Source of the DNA: an uncultured Candidatus Saccharibacteria bacterium
GTDB lineage: Bacteria > Patescibacteriota > Dojkabacteria > SC72
Direction of reading: 5' to 3'
DNA: 64,000 bases
Assembly: GCA_964655705.1 (NCBI GenBank)
Contig: CAZZPP010000003.1
Span: 37,427-101,426, forward strand
Of this stretch, positions 18,284-27,336 are shown piece after piece. The notes under the pieces are model-generated. The model did not search any database. It saw only the letters and a program-made list of their open reading frames with translations, and was not told where the DNA came from. Within the stretch, counting starts at the first letter, position 1. Every line of letters begins with the position of its first letter. The position numbers and the translations under genes were made by a program.

Positions 18284-19932
18284 AATACATTCCTCAAATC
18301 AACCCCTGTCATACTATCTGGAATATCCATACCAACTAAACCTAAACATGTTGGAGATACATCAGCAAGCAAACCTGTGACCTGTGCATGTGCTCCAGTA
18401 CCTACCTTAACAAGATGAGTACCTGCCTTAGGGGTAATATCATTCATACTTGAAAGTATCATCAATGGTACAGGGTTATTAGTATGGGCAATATCTTTCT
18501 CTTTAGTCACCCTATTTATCATTGTCTCACAGTTACCATGGTCTGCAGTAATAATCATAGAACCTCCCATTGAAAGAGCAACTTTTGATATATCAGCAGT
18601 AAGAGAGTCCACTATCTCGTTTCCCCTAATAGTTGCTCCTAGATCGCCTGTATGACCCAACATATCAGGATTTGCAAAATTAATTACTACAAACTTGTAC
18701 TTGTATGTATCATATGCCTTAATTCTTTTTACAACCTCATCCCTAATAATTGATGAACTCATTTGAGGAATAGTAGCGTAATTTTCTACTCTAGGGGAAG
18801 GAATATTGAAAAAATCCTCACCCACATGGGGTTGTTCTACACCACCATTAAAGAAATATGTTACATGCATATTCTTTTCAGTCTCAGATATATGTAACTG
18901 ATTAAATCCTGAAGATGATATATACTCGGCCATTGGTTGCTTAATCTTTTTAGGAGGAAATATGACATGGGCATGAATACCCTCCTCGTAACCTGTCATT
19001 GTCACAAGATACAGGTTTTGAGGATAGTTTCTTCTAACAAAATGTTCAAACTCAGAAGATATGAAAGCCTTACTAATCTGTCTAGCACGATCCTCCCTAA
19101 AGTTCCAAAACAGTAATATGTCGTTGGGCTTAACAGGACCTATGGGGTTACCAGAACTATCTACCCTCATCATCGGTTTAACAAATTCATCAGTCTCGTT
19201 TTTCGCATATGCCTTTTGTAATGCTACAGTAGGATCTAGAAAACCCTCAGGAGCCAAACCAACCATTGCATCGTATGCAAGTTTAATTCTCTCCCACCTG
19301 TTATCCCTGTCCATACCAAAGAATCTTCCTTGCATTGAAGCTATGACTCCCACTCCACTCTCTCTAATCTTTTCGTTTAATTTGTTTAGATACAAAAAAC
19401 CGTCTTTAGCAGGAGTATCTCTACCATCAAACATAATATGAATATATGGGTTAACACCATTGGCCTTGCAGATATCCATTAATGAGAAAAGATGCTTAAT
19501 ATGTCCATGAACACCTGCAGCACTTAATACTCCAGCTAGATGGAAGTTAGAGCCCCTCTTTTTAACCTCAGCAAAAGCATCCCTCATAGTTAGGTTACTA
19601 TCTAACTCATGAGTAGATATTGCATCATTAATCATAGGTAAAGATTGGTATACAACCTGACCCGCGCCTAAATTTAAATGTCCTACTTCAGAGTTACCAG
19701 CCTCTTCTGATGGTAGGCCTACATACGTTCCAGAGGCATTAATTAAGGTTGATCTCCCATATGTCCAGGCAGTATCCAGAAATGGGGTCTTAGCTCCCAA
19801 TACTGCATTTCCTTCAGAATCGGGATGTATTCCAAATCCATCAAGTATTAAGAGTACTACAAACTTACTAGCTTGGACATTTTCTGTTGTAACAACCTCT
19901 TTTGGATTCTTCTTTTCAAATAGACCAAACAT
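18280..19932 (-). CDS. gpmI: 2,3-bisphosphoglycerate-independent phosphoglycerate mutase
   Basis: VVLLILDGFGI...GNAV...TP.LD at the N-terminus and metal-binding blocks DHGN and GHTGD are present. Length is 550 aa. Confidence 0.9.
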   Translation of the reverse strand: MFGLFEKKNPKEVVTTENVQASKFVVLLILDGFGIHPDSEGNAVLGAKTPFLDTAWTYGRSTLINASGTYVGLPSEEAGNSEVGHLNLGAGQVVYQSLPMINDAISTHELDSNLTMRDAFAEVKKRGSNFHLAGVLSAAGVHGHIKHLFSLMDICKANGVNPYIHIMFDGRDTPAKDGFLYLNKLNEKIRESGVGVIASMQGRFFGMDRDNRWERIKLAYDAMVGLAPEGFLDPTVALQKAYAKNETDEFVKPMMRVDSSGNPIGPVKPNDILLFWNFREDRARQISKAFISSEFEHFVRRNYPQNLYLVTMTGYEEGIHAHVIFPPKKIKQPMAEYISSSGFNQLHISETEKNMHVTYFFNGGVEQPHVGEDFFNIPSPRVENYATIPQMSSSIIRDEVVKRIKAYDTYKYKFVVINFANPDMLGHTGDLGATIRGNEIVDSLTADISKVALSMGGSMIITADHGNCETMINRVTKEKDIAHTNNPVPLMILSSMNDITPKAGTHLVKVGTGAHAQVTGLLADVSPTCLGLVGMDIPDSMTGVDLRNVF

Positions 19933-19973
19933 ATATCAGTGATTTTTAAATTGGAATAGTATAATATACAAGA

Positions 19974-21056
19974 ATGGAAGAGATTAGTAAAAAAGATATT
20001 CAAAAATTATATGAGAAAGTATTAGATATTGAGAAATCTCTAGGTATTGACTCTAAAAGAGAGGTACTTAAAATACTCGAGCAGGAAAGTTCAGGCAAAG
20101 AGTTTTGGAACAACCAGAAGCATGCCCAAGAGGTAATGATACAGATTTCAGATATTACCCAAGAAATACAAAAGATTGAAAAAATAAAGGAAGACATCCA
20201 TTCACTCCAATCGCTACTCGAAGGCAATCAACACAACAATGATGAATATCTCAAGGAGAATATGAATGAGATATTGAGGGAACTCTCTACATTTGAATCT
20301 CTAAAATTCCTCTCAGGAAAATATGACGGTTGCAATGCTCAACTGTCTATTCACGCTGGACAAGGAGGTACAGAGGCTCAAGACTGGGCAGAGATGTTAC
20401 TGAGAATGTATACCATGTATATCGAGAAGAAGGGTTGGAAATACAATATCACGAATATTTTACAAGGCTCAGAGGTAGGTATCTCAACTGTTACACTAGA
20501 TATTACTGGGAAATATGTATACGGATTGTTAAAAAGAGAACATGGTACTCATCGTCTAGTTAGGCTCTCTCCATTCAATTCTCAAAATCTTCGCCAAACA
20601 TCATTTGCTGGAGTAGAGGTAATACCCATATTGGAAGAGTTAGGAAATGAGATATCTGTTTCAGAGGAGGATATTGAATTCAAAGCAACTAAGTCTGGGG
20701 GCCCTGGGGGACAGAACGTAAACAAGACCTCAACTGCTGTACAAATTACTCATTTACCTACAGGGATCGTAGTAAATTGTTCTCAGGAAAGAAGTCAATT
20801 ACAAAACAGAGAGAAAGCCATGCAAATACTAAAAGCTAAACTATGGAGAATATTAGAAGAAAACCGATTAAAAGAAATATCCGAAATTAAAGGTGACTAC
20901 AAGGTGGCAGGATGGGGAAATCAAATTAGGAATTACATATTACACCCGTACAAACTTGTAAAAGACTTGAGAACTAATGTAGAAAGTAGTAACCCTGAAA
21001 GCATACTAGATGGTAATATTGATGAATTTCTTGAAGCCCAGTTAAGAATACAGTAA
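19974..21056 (+). CDS. prfB: Peptide chain release factor 2, with no programmed frameshift
   Basis: An SPF tripeptide (RLSPFNSQ) and GGQ (SGGPGGQNVNKTSTAV) are both present. The ORF is contiguous from the ATG. There is no in-frame UGA near codon 25. Confidence 0.85.
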   Translation: MEEISKKDIQKLYEKVLDIEKSLGIDSKREVLKILEQESSGKEFWNNQKHAQEVMIQISDITQEIQKIEKIKEDIHSLQSLLEGNQHNNDEYLKENMNEILRELSTFESLKFLSGKYDGCNAQLSIHAGQGGTEAQDWAEMLLRMYTMYIEKKGWKYNITNILQGSEVGISTVTLDITGKYVYGLLKREHGTHRLVRLSPFNSQNLRQTSFAGVEVIPILEELGNEISVSEEDIEFKATKSGGPGGQNVNKTSTAVQITHLPTGIVVNCSQERSQLQNREKAMQILKAKLWRILEENRLKEISEIKGDYKVAGWGNQIRNYILHPYKLVKDLRTNVESSNPESILDGNIDEFLEAQLRIQ

Positions 21057-21090
21057 TATATACAGTAACTTAAACTGCATAAATCTGCTC

Positions 21091-22020
21091 ATGATAATAT
21101 TTGATACAGTAACAAAGAAATACAAAGAGGATATTACTGCACTCCAAGATGTTTCTTTCAGGATAGATCCTGGAGAGTTCTGCTTTGTAATTGGACCCTC
21201 TGGTGCTGGTAAATCCACAATTATGAAATTACTCATTAGAGAGGAAGTACCTACTTCTGGTAGTATTTTCTTTAATGATATTGAGGTCCCTAAGTTAAAT
21301 AGAAGACTTCTTCCAGCATATAGGCAGAAATTAGGAGTTGTATTTCAAGATATTAAATTACTTACAGGTAAAACCTTAGAAGAAAATATTGCTTTTGCAT
21401 TAGAGATATTAGACAAAAGTAATAAAGAGATAAAGGATACCACTGACTATCTACTAGATTTAGTAGGATTAAGGGATAGAAGAACACTCTTTCCTGAGGA
21501 ACTATCAGGAGGAGAACAGCAAAGAGGTGCAATTGCTAGAGCACTTGCAAATAAACCAGATTTCTTCATAGCAGATGAACCCACAGGGAATCTTGATTCA
21601 GAGAATGCATTACAGATTTTGGAGATTCTTAAAACAATAAATAAGAGTGGTACTACCGTTATGGTCATATCACACGACTTAAATCTAATTAGTAAAACAA
21701 GTGACAGAACAATTAATCTTAAGGATGGAAAATTAAACTCTGATTCCAAACCGAAAGATATTCCTAAGCAGGATATTAAAGAAGAAGAGAAGAAGGTTGA
21801 AGTTAAAAAGGAGGATATTAAAGAGGTTAAATTGTCTTCTGATTTTGATTCCCTAACAAAATCGCTAAAAGAAAAATTAATACAATACGCTATTAAAACT
21901 CCTGATGTCTTACTCAATATTACTACCCAGGAGTTAAAAAATATGAAATTAAGTAAGAAAGAGAACAAGGAGTTAGCCACCTTTGTTAAAAAATATTTAA
22001 GTAAAAAGAACAATGAATAG
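21091..22020 (+). CDS. ftsE: Cell division ATP-binding protein FtsE with a roughly 85 aa Lys/Glu-rich C-terminal extension
   Basis: Walker A GPSGAGKST, the ABC signature LSGGEQQR and Walker B FFIADEPTGNLD are present. After about aa 225 a low-complexity tail follows. Confidence 0.85.
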   Translation: MIIFDTVTKKYKEDITALQDVSFRIDPGEFCFVIGPSGAGKSTIMKLLIREEVPTSGSIFFNDIEVPKLNRRLLPAYRQKLGVVFQDIKLLTGKTLEENIAFALEILDKSNKEIKDTTDYLLDLVGLRDRRTLFPEELSGGEQQRGAIARALANKPDFFIADEPTGNLDSENALQILEILKTINKSGTTVMVISHDLNLISKTSDRTINLKDGKLNSDSKPKDIPKQDIKEEEKKVEVKKEDIKEVKLSSDFDSLTKSLKEKLIQYAIKTPDVLLNITTQELKNMKLSKKENKELATFVKKYLSKKNNE

Positions 22021-22939
22021 TACAAGAGTATTTTCAGTAACAAGTAAAAATATTAAGAGGAATAAATGGTTAACAATATCCACAATATTAGTTTCAGCCA
22101 TTGTATTTACTCTTACATCAGTATTTGTATCAATATCAATATTGATATCCAAAACAGTTGATTACTATGAACAAAGAGCACAGGTAATTGTATTTTTTAA
22201 AAAAGGTACTTCCCAAGAGGAAATATTTAGATTTAAAGATATCATTAATGACCCTGAGGTAGTAGAAGAAATAATATATATATCCCAGGAACAAGCGTTA
22301 GAGGTTTACAAAGAGGATTTTGCAGATAATCCGGAATTAATATCTACCATTACTGCAGATTCCCTACCCCCTAGTTTAGAACTTAGAGCAAAGAGTATTG
22401 ATGGTCTTTTAGGTGTCATTGATAATATTAATAAGTTAAAAGAAACAAATCCTAATGTAGATGAGGTTATGTATTTTAAAGATGTTGTTAACAATATTAG
22501 AACACTCTCTAGAATCATTAATATTGGAGGTACAGCATTAATATCTGCAATGATTTTAGTTACAATTGCATTAATTCGAGTTACTATTGGGTTCAACATT
22601 AAACTCCATCAAGAAGAAATAGAGATTATGCATCTTGTTGGAAGTTCAGATAAGTTCATAAGAACCCCCTTCATATTAGAAGGTACATTCTACGGCTTAA
22701 CAGGTGGTTTTCTAGCAGCTCTAATTGTACTGCTACCTTGGTATTCAGCAAATATATACTCTACTGGTACAGAGTTTGCTACATGGATTACAGAGATGTT
22801 TAAAGATATTAATCTTTCCTTTGTCTTGAGACCAAACTTTACATTCATACTTGTATTTTTACTCATTCATATGATTGTTGGATCAGTAATTGGGTTCTTC
22901 AGTAGTTTAAGTTCAGTTAAAAAGTATTTAAGAGAGTAA
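22013..22939 (+). CDS. ftsX: Cell division permease FtsX
   Basis: Topology is an N-terminal TM, a large periplasmic loop and three C-terminal TMs. It overlaps the ftsE stop. The arrangement is the classic ftsEX pair. Confidence 0.75.
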   Translation: MNSTRVFSVTSKNIKRNKWLTISTILVSAIVFTLTSVFVSISILISKTVDYYEQRAQVIVFFKKGTSQEEIFRFKDIINDPEVVEEIIYISQEQALEVYKEDFADNPELISTITADSLPPSLELRAKSIDGLLGVIDNINKLKETNPNVDEVMYFKDVVNNIRTLSRIINIGGTALISAMILVTIALIRVTIGFNIKLHQEEIEIMHLVGSSDKFIRTPFILEGTFYGLTGGFLAALIVLLPWYSANIYSTGTEFATWITEMFKDINLSFVLRPNFTFILVFLLIHMIVGSVIGFFSSLSSVKKYLRE

Positions 22940-22941
22940 GC

Positions 22942-24267
22942 ATGAAAAGAGATATCAAGATACTATTTACAATATTATTTACTTTTATTTCACTCCTAAC
23001 ATTTTCTAGGGTAGTATCTTCTGCTGAAAAGTGTCCTGATACTATGCCCCCACAGGAGAGATATGTATGTTTACAAAGTGAATTGACCAAACTTGAGAGT
23101 ACTCAAGGCTCTTTACAAAAGAAACTTAAAAATGAAGATTACCAACAGCTATCACTAAATGAAAAATTACAATATATTACTACTCAAATTGAACAAACTG
23201 AAAAGGTCATCGAAGTCCTAGGATTTGAAATAACTGCTCAAGATATTGAAATATTACTACTTTCAGAAGAGATCTCTCTTAAGGAGGATGATATTAGCAT
23301 ATTAAACCAAGAGATAAAGGTTTTGGAAAGAACAGTAAATGAGAGAGTTACACAGTCTTACAAGTTCTCGTATGTTGGTCCTTTTGAGTTGTTTTTAGAT
23401 TTTAAGAATCTAGATAATGTAATTAGGAAGGTTAAATATCTTCTGGAGGCTAGAAATAATGATAAGGACTCATTAGCAAACTATTCAAACAAAAAGGATC
23501 TTCTTGTACAAGAAGAACAAATACTTGCTGTACAGAAAGCAGATCTACAAAAGAAAAGAAATGAGATTGAGTTAGAAAAAGATAGATTAGTGGAAGAGAG
23601 GATATATTTAGACCAACAGAAAGCAGAAAAGAATATTCTATTGGCTGAATCTAAAAGAAGAGAAGAGGAGTATAGGAGGGAATTAGCAGAAACTACTGCA
23701 ATGATTTCTGATATGGATGAGAAAATCTCTGACCTAGTTATTGCACTCTTTAATTCTGGAGGTCTTGGGAATGGAACTAAGGTTGCTGCTGGTATTCCCA
23801 TTGGATATCAGGGACATACTGGTTGTTCATTCGGTTCACACCTACATTTTGAGATTAGGGATAAAAACAATGTAAAACAAGATCCCTCAATATATTTAAA
23901 TGGAGGAACATACTGGTCATTAGTATCATCAAAGATATATCAAGCACCTCTTAGGGGAGCAAGAATAACCCAGGTATACAAGACATGGTCTCATAGGGCA
24001 TGGGATATGGTTAGTCTCTCTGAAGGTATCCAAAATGGTTCTACATACACAGTCCCTACTGGTATATGTACCAATGTAGACAACTATATTAAGAGTACAG
24101 GAAGAAACTGGGCATATCTAACCGGTGAGGGTGCAACTGTTAGGTCCATCACAAGTGGAACAATATATTATGGACTTTATTCTACTAACCTACCCCAATA
24201 TCCTTGTAAATACGCATTACTAGTCCATGATGATGGTAATAAATCCTTCTATTTACACCTTAAATAA
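22942..24267 (+). CDS. EnvC-like coiled-coil protein with an M23/LytM peptidase domain whose motifs appear in permuted order
   Basis: A signal peptide is followed by about 230 aa of coiled coil. GIPIGYQGHTGCSFGSHLHFEIRD (the HxH block) comes next, then SHRAWDMV (an HxxxD block), then GATVRSITSGTIYYGL...YALLVHDDGNKSFYLHL (the Y.HL block) at the extreme C-terminus. Confidence 0.6.
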   Translation: MKRDIKILFTILFTFISLLTFSRVVSSAEKCPDTMPPQERYVCLQSELTKLESTQGSLQKKLKNEDYQQLSLNEKLQYITTQIEQTEKVIEVLGFEITAQDIEILLLSEEISLKEDDISILNQEIKVLERTVNERVTQSYKFSYVGPFELFLDFKNLDNVIRKVKYLLEARNNDKDSLANYSNKKDLLVQEEQILAVQKADLQKKRNEIELEKDRLVEERIYLDQQKAEKNILLAESKRREEEYRRELAETTAMISDMDEKISDLVIALFNSGGLGNGTKVAAGIPIGYQGHTGCSFGSHLHFEIRDKNNVKQDPSIYLNGGTYWSLVSSKIYQAPLRGARITQVYKTWSHRAWDMVSLSEGIQNGSTYTVPTGICTNVDNYIKSTGRNWAYLTGEGATVRSITSGTIYYGLYSTNLPQYPCKYALLVHDDGNKSFYLHLK

Positions 24268-24349
24268 GCCCTTTGCTAAATGTAAATTTTTCTGATAAAC
24301 TCTTTAATGTTAACTATAAGTTTATTTTAATTTATTAATATATTGCTAG

Positions 24350-25177
24350 ATGGCAAAAGTAAAAGTTAAAAAGAAGAGTAAATCCTCTAAAGCCCCAAAG
24401 AAAACCATTACAATAAAAAAACCAAATATCAAACTTGGTAAGCCTAATTTTAAAAAGGTAATTTCCAGCGATGGCTTTAGAACCTTCTTAATAGTATTGG
24501 GTAGTATTGTAATATTCATCTTAATAGATCTTCTTGTTCAGTATTTAAATAATGGATACAGCATTGCTGTAGTAGATGGTAAAAGGATATCTAAAACAGA
24601 GTATCACAAAAGATTGGAAGCATCGTACGGCTCTACTATTGCTCAACAGTTAATTGATGAGCAATTAATTAAAATTGAAGCTCAGAAGGCTGATGTTGAT
24701 GTCACTAAGGAAGAGATAGATGAGCAACTAAATGAAATTATTGAGAGTGTGGGAGGACAGGAATCATATCTTCAGGCCTTGGAGCAGAATAATATTACTG
24801 AGGAAGATTTAAAATCTCAGATTGAGTTAGATATTCTTTCCAGAAAGATTCTAACCCCTACCTTGGAATATACTGAGGATGATGTAAAAGCATTCTTTGA
24901 ACAGTATAGCGCTGTACTATTCCCAACAGAAACAGCAGAGTTAGAAGAGGGTGAAAAATTAGACTATGAACTATTTAAGGAAGAGTCTGAGAAGAGATAT
25001 GTTGAGCAAGAGGTTTACAATAGTGAGGCTACATGGTTAGAAGGACTAAAGACAGAGTACAAGATTCAGGATAACTCATCTATTAAACCTACATATGGTG
25101 TATTAAAAGCAACAATAAATATCTTTAAAAACTATTTTGATAATGCAAATAGTAATGAGATAGAGGTAGAAGAGTAA
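24350..25177 (+). CDS. Membrane-anchored SurA-N/PrsA-like chaperone-domain protein with no obvious PPIase domain
   Basis: A lysine-rich N-terminus, one TM helix, then a helical region (ISKTEYHKRLEASYGSTIAQQLIDEQLIKIEAQK) resembling the SurA N-terminal or trigger-factor-like chaperone domain. Confidence 0.35.
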   Translation: MAKVKVKKKSKSSKAPKKTITIKKPNIKLGKPNFKKVISSDGFRTFLIVLGSIVIFILIDLLVQYLNNGYSIAVVDGKRISKTEYHKRLEASYGSTIAQQLIDEQLIKIEAQKADVDVTKEEIDEQLNEIIESVGGQESYLQALEQNNITEEDLKSQIELDILSRKILTPTLEYTEDDVKAFFEQYSAVLFPTETAELEEGEKLDYELFKEESEKRYVEQEVYNSEATWLEGLKTEYKIQDNSSIKPTYGVLKATINIFKNYFDNANSNEIEVEE

Positions 25178-25195
25178 TCATATATCTACGATTAT

Positions 25196-25228
25196 TAAAA
25201 AGGGGGAGAATCAATTCCCCCTTTTTTC
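25196..25228. terminator. Bidirectional intrinsic terminator between convergent genes
   Basis: TAAAAA GGGGGAG AATCAAT TCCCCC TTTTTTC: a GC stem flanked by an A-run and a T-run. Confidence 0.55.
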
Positions 25229-25230
25229 TT

Positions 25231-25827
25231 CTATACCCCAGAGTCAGAGGGCTCTACCAAACCGTAACCTCCTTTAAATCTTCTGTAAAGCATTGATATC
25301 TTACCAGTACTTTTGTTCCGAAAAAGGAATTGGTCATATCCCAGCAGTTCCATTTTCTCAATAGCCTCCCCTTCTTCTAGGGGAGTCATATCATCAATTC
25401 TTTTTCTAGTCGCAATAGTCGGGGTATAGTCAGAATACTGATCATTGGGCGATTGATTCTCAACACTCTCTAAATGGGCATCCGCTTCAAGGACCTTCCA
25501 TGGAGTAACTCCTTCCCAATACTCCTTCCTTCCTTGATATCTTTTTAATCTCCTAGCTAGGGTATCTGTTGCAGTATCAATAATAGCATACATATTCTCT
25601 CCATTTTCCTCTACTCTAACAATACTTCTAGGTAATTTAACATTAATATCTACTCTAAAATCATCTTTTACCCCCCTACGAGTAACATACTCCTTTAAAA
25701 CAACCTCTATACCTGTAGCCTCACTCCATAGATGTTCATACTTATCTACCTTCTCTACAATGTAATTCTTTAAAGCCTGTGTAGGCTTCATACCTACAAA
25801 AGTAATCTGTATATCTTCTATGGTCAT
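25231..25827 (-). CDS. hpf: Ribosome hibernation promoting factor, long form
   Basis: MTIEDIQITFVGMKPTQALKNYIVEKV... is the RaiA/HPF N-domain. The C-terminal dimerisation domain reads GYDQFLFRNKSTGKISMLYRRFKGGYGLVEP. The ORF track begins 30 nt upstream at 25857. The Met at 25827 matches the family start. Confidence 0.75.
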   Translation of the reverse strand: MTIEDIQITFVGMKPTQALKNYIVEKVDKYEHLWSEATGIEVVLKEYVTRRGVKDDFRVDINVKLPRSIVRVEENGENMYAIIDTATDTLARRLKRYQGRKEYWEGVTPWKVLEADAHLESVENQSPNDQYSDYTPTIATRKRIDDMTPLEEGEAIEKMELLGYDQFLFRNKSTGKISMLYRRFKGGYGLVEPSDSGV

Positions 25828-25939
25828 CTTAAAGATATATAAATTTATATATACCAATATTCTACATTAAAAACATACAAATCTAAATCTTTACATTTAA
25901 AACCATTAAGTATACAATAGCCCCATAACATTATCTATT

Positions 25940-26392
25940 ATGACTATGATAGAAAAAGAAGAACAAGGAGCACTACTTAATAGGGAAGCAGTAATAGTTA
26001 ACTATGGAGAACTTTTCATCAATCCTTTCTTAGATGATGATACTAATGTAGGAATATGTTTTGAAAAACAGATTGAGGATACTAAATATCAAGATCCTAG
26101 ATTTTTTTTAACAGAGTATGGTGCTGTATCAGTAATATCATATAAAGGTGATTCCATCTGGGATGTTCAACTTAATCCTCTTAGTATTGATAAATACCAA
26201 GAATTAATTACAGAGATTGAGTGTGCTTCATTTGAAAATAAAGACCATCCTATGGCATATGCTACTAAAAGTGCTCTCTTTGATTTTGGACAGTATTTTC
26301 TTGAAATACTTCCATACAAAAACGAAAAAGCATACAAATTACTTAGGTTTCATCTTAACGAGAAATTGAAGGGTCACCATTCTTTACAATAG
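25940..26392 (+). CDS. Hypothetical protein
   Basis: 150 aa ORF with no recognisable motifs. Confidence 0.3.
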   Translation: MTMIEKEEQGALLNREAVIVNYGELFINPFLDDDTNVGICFEKQIEDTKYQDPRFFLTEYGAVSVISYKGDSIWDVQLNPLSIDKYQELITEIECASFENKDHPMAYATKSALFDFGQYFLEILPYKNEKAYKLLRFHLNEKLKGHHSLQ

Positions 26393-26438
26393 GCATTCAT
26401 TTTGAAATAATAAAGGAATAACTTCTAACATTAGAAAT

Positions 26439-26903
26439 ATGGAACCATCTTCTAAAACTGACTGGTTAATAAATCCAGAGCAATATGAAACAGTAACTAC
26501 ACCACAATAGATAATTGATAAATACGGAAAGCAGTTTGAAGTTCAACATATCGATAATGATAATCCTAACAAACCACCAATAGCATATGAATCATCCCCT
26601 ATAGGAATAGATCCAGAGAAAGAGAAAGAACGATTTGTACTTACCACTGAAAGAGTATATACATTAACAAGTGACTCTTCTAATGTATGGAGATTAGCTT
26701 TCTCAGACCCTAAAGTAATTGATGTTGTACATAGAGCAATTATTGTTTCAAAGGTTAGATATACAATGTTGGACAAACCGATTACTTCTCCCGTTGAAAT
26801 ACCAGAGTATGGATTAAAACTTAATCTTAACTATATGCCCCCTCCTGTAGAAAATTCTAGATATATAATGGAGACGTTAGATAGAAGGAAAGCATATTAT
26901 TAG
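26439..26903 (+). pseudogene. ORF of about 154 codons interrupted by a single in-frame TAG, a putative pseudogene
   Basis: The ATG at 26439 gives MEPSSKTDWLINPEQYETVTTPQ. A TAG follows at 26508-26510. The same frame then continues open for 131 codons (IIDKYGKQFEVQHIDNDNPNKPPIAYESSPIGIDPEKEKERFVLTTERVYTLTSDSS...) to a TAG at 26901. There is no ATG/GTG/TTG start downstream of the internal stop until very late. Confidence 0.4.
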
Positions 26904-26940
26904 TTGCAAGAACAAGAGTTAGGGATATATAATATCTTAT

Positions 26941-27015
26941 TCCGCGATAGCTCAATGGTAGAGCGAACGGCTGTTAACCGTTTGGTTCCAGGTTCGAGTC
27001 CTGGTCGCGGAGCCA
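26941..27015 (+). tRNA. tRNA-Asn, anticodon GTT, with encoded CCA
   Basis: TCCGCGA TA GCTC AATGGTA GAGC G AACGG CTGTTAA CCGTT TGGTT CCAGG TTCGAGT CCTGG TCGCGGA G CCA. Confidence 0.9.
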
Positions 27016-27336
27016 ATCATGACTATCCTGTGATTTAAGTATTACATCAAAGGGCTTTATCAAGTCATAGCTTAGCTTTTTCTCATCTAGTGTAAGGTTC
27101 TGAAGTGTAAGATTGATAATTTGTCTCTTTTGTTCCATTTCAGAACTTTCAAACAACTCCCCTGCTCTTTGGGCTAAAGATAGTATTGATTCTGCAAGGA
27201 TATAATACTCTTCATCTGCTTTGCTAAGTTGCTCAATCTTTCTTTGGATTTTCTTTACCTCTCCTTGGTAGCTGTTCTTCCTTTCTGTATATTCACTATC
27301 AGTAATACTCCACTCCCCTTTTTCATATACTACCCC
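27016..27336 (-). pseudogene. C-terminal remnant of a large serine recombinase, with no N-terminus or start codon
   Basis: The minus-strand frame is open from 27336. It translates to ...EWSITDSEYTERKNSYQGEVKKIQRKIEQLSKADEEYYILAESILSLAQRAGELFESSEMEQKRQIINLTLQNLTLDEKKLSYDLIKPFDVILK. This resembles the coiled-coil tail of large serine recombinases. It is bounded upstream by a TAG. It abuts the 3' end of tRNA-Asn. Confidence 0.45.

Noticed and set aside
26974-27156. A 60 aa minus-strand ORF from the six-frame track.
   Set aside because: Its 3' part is simply the reverse complement of tRNA-Asn (DWLRDQDSNLEPNG). The genuine signal is the upstream recombinase-like remnant. The ORF-track boundaries are artefactual.
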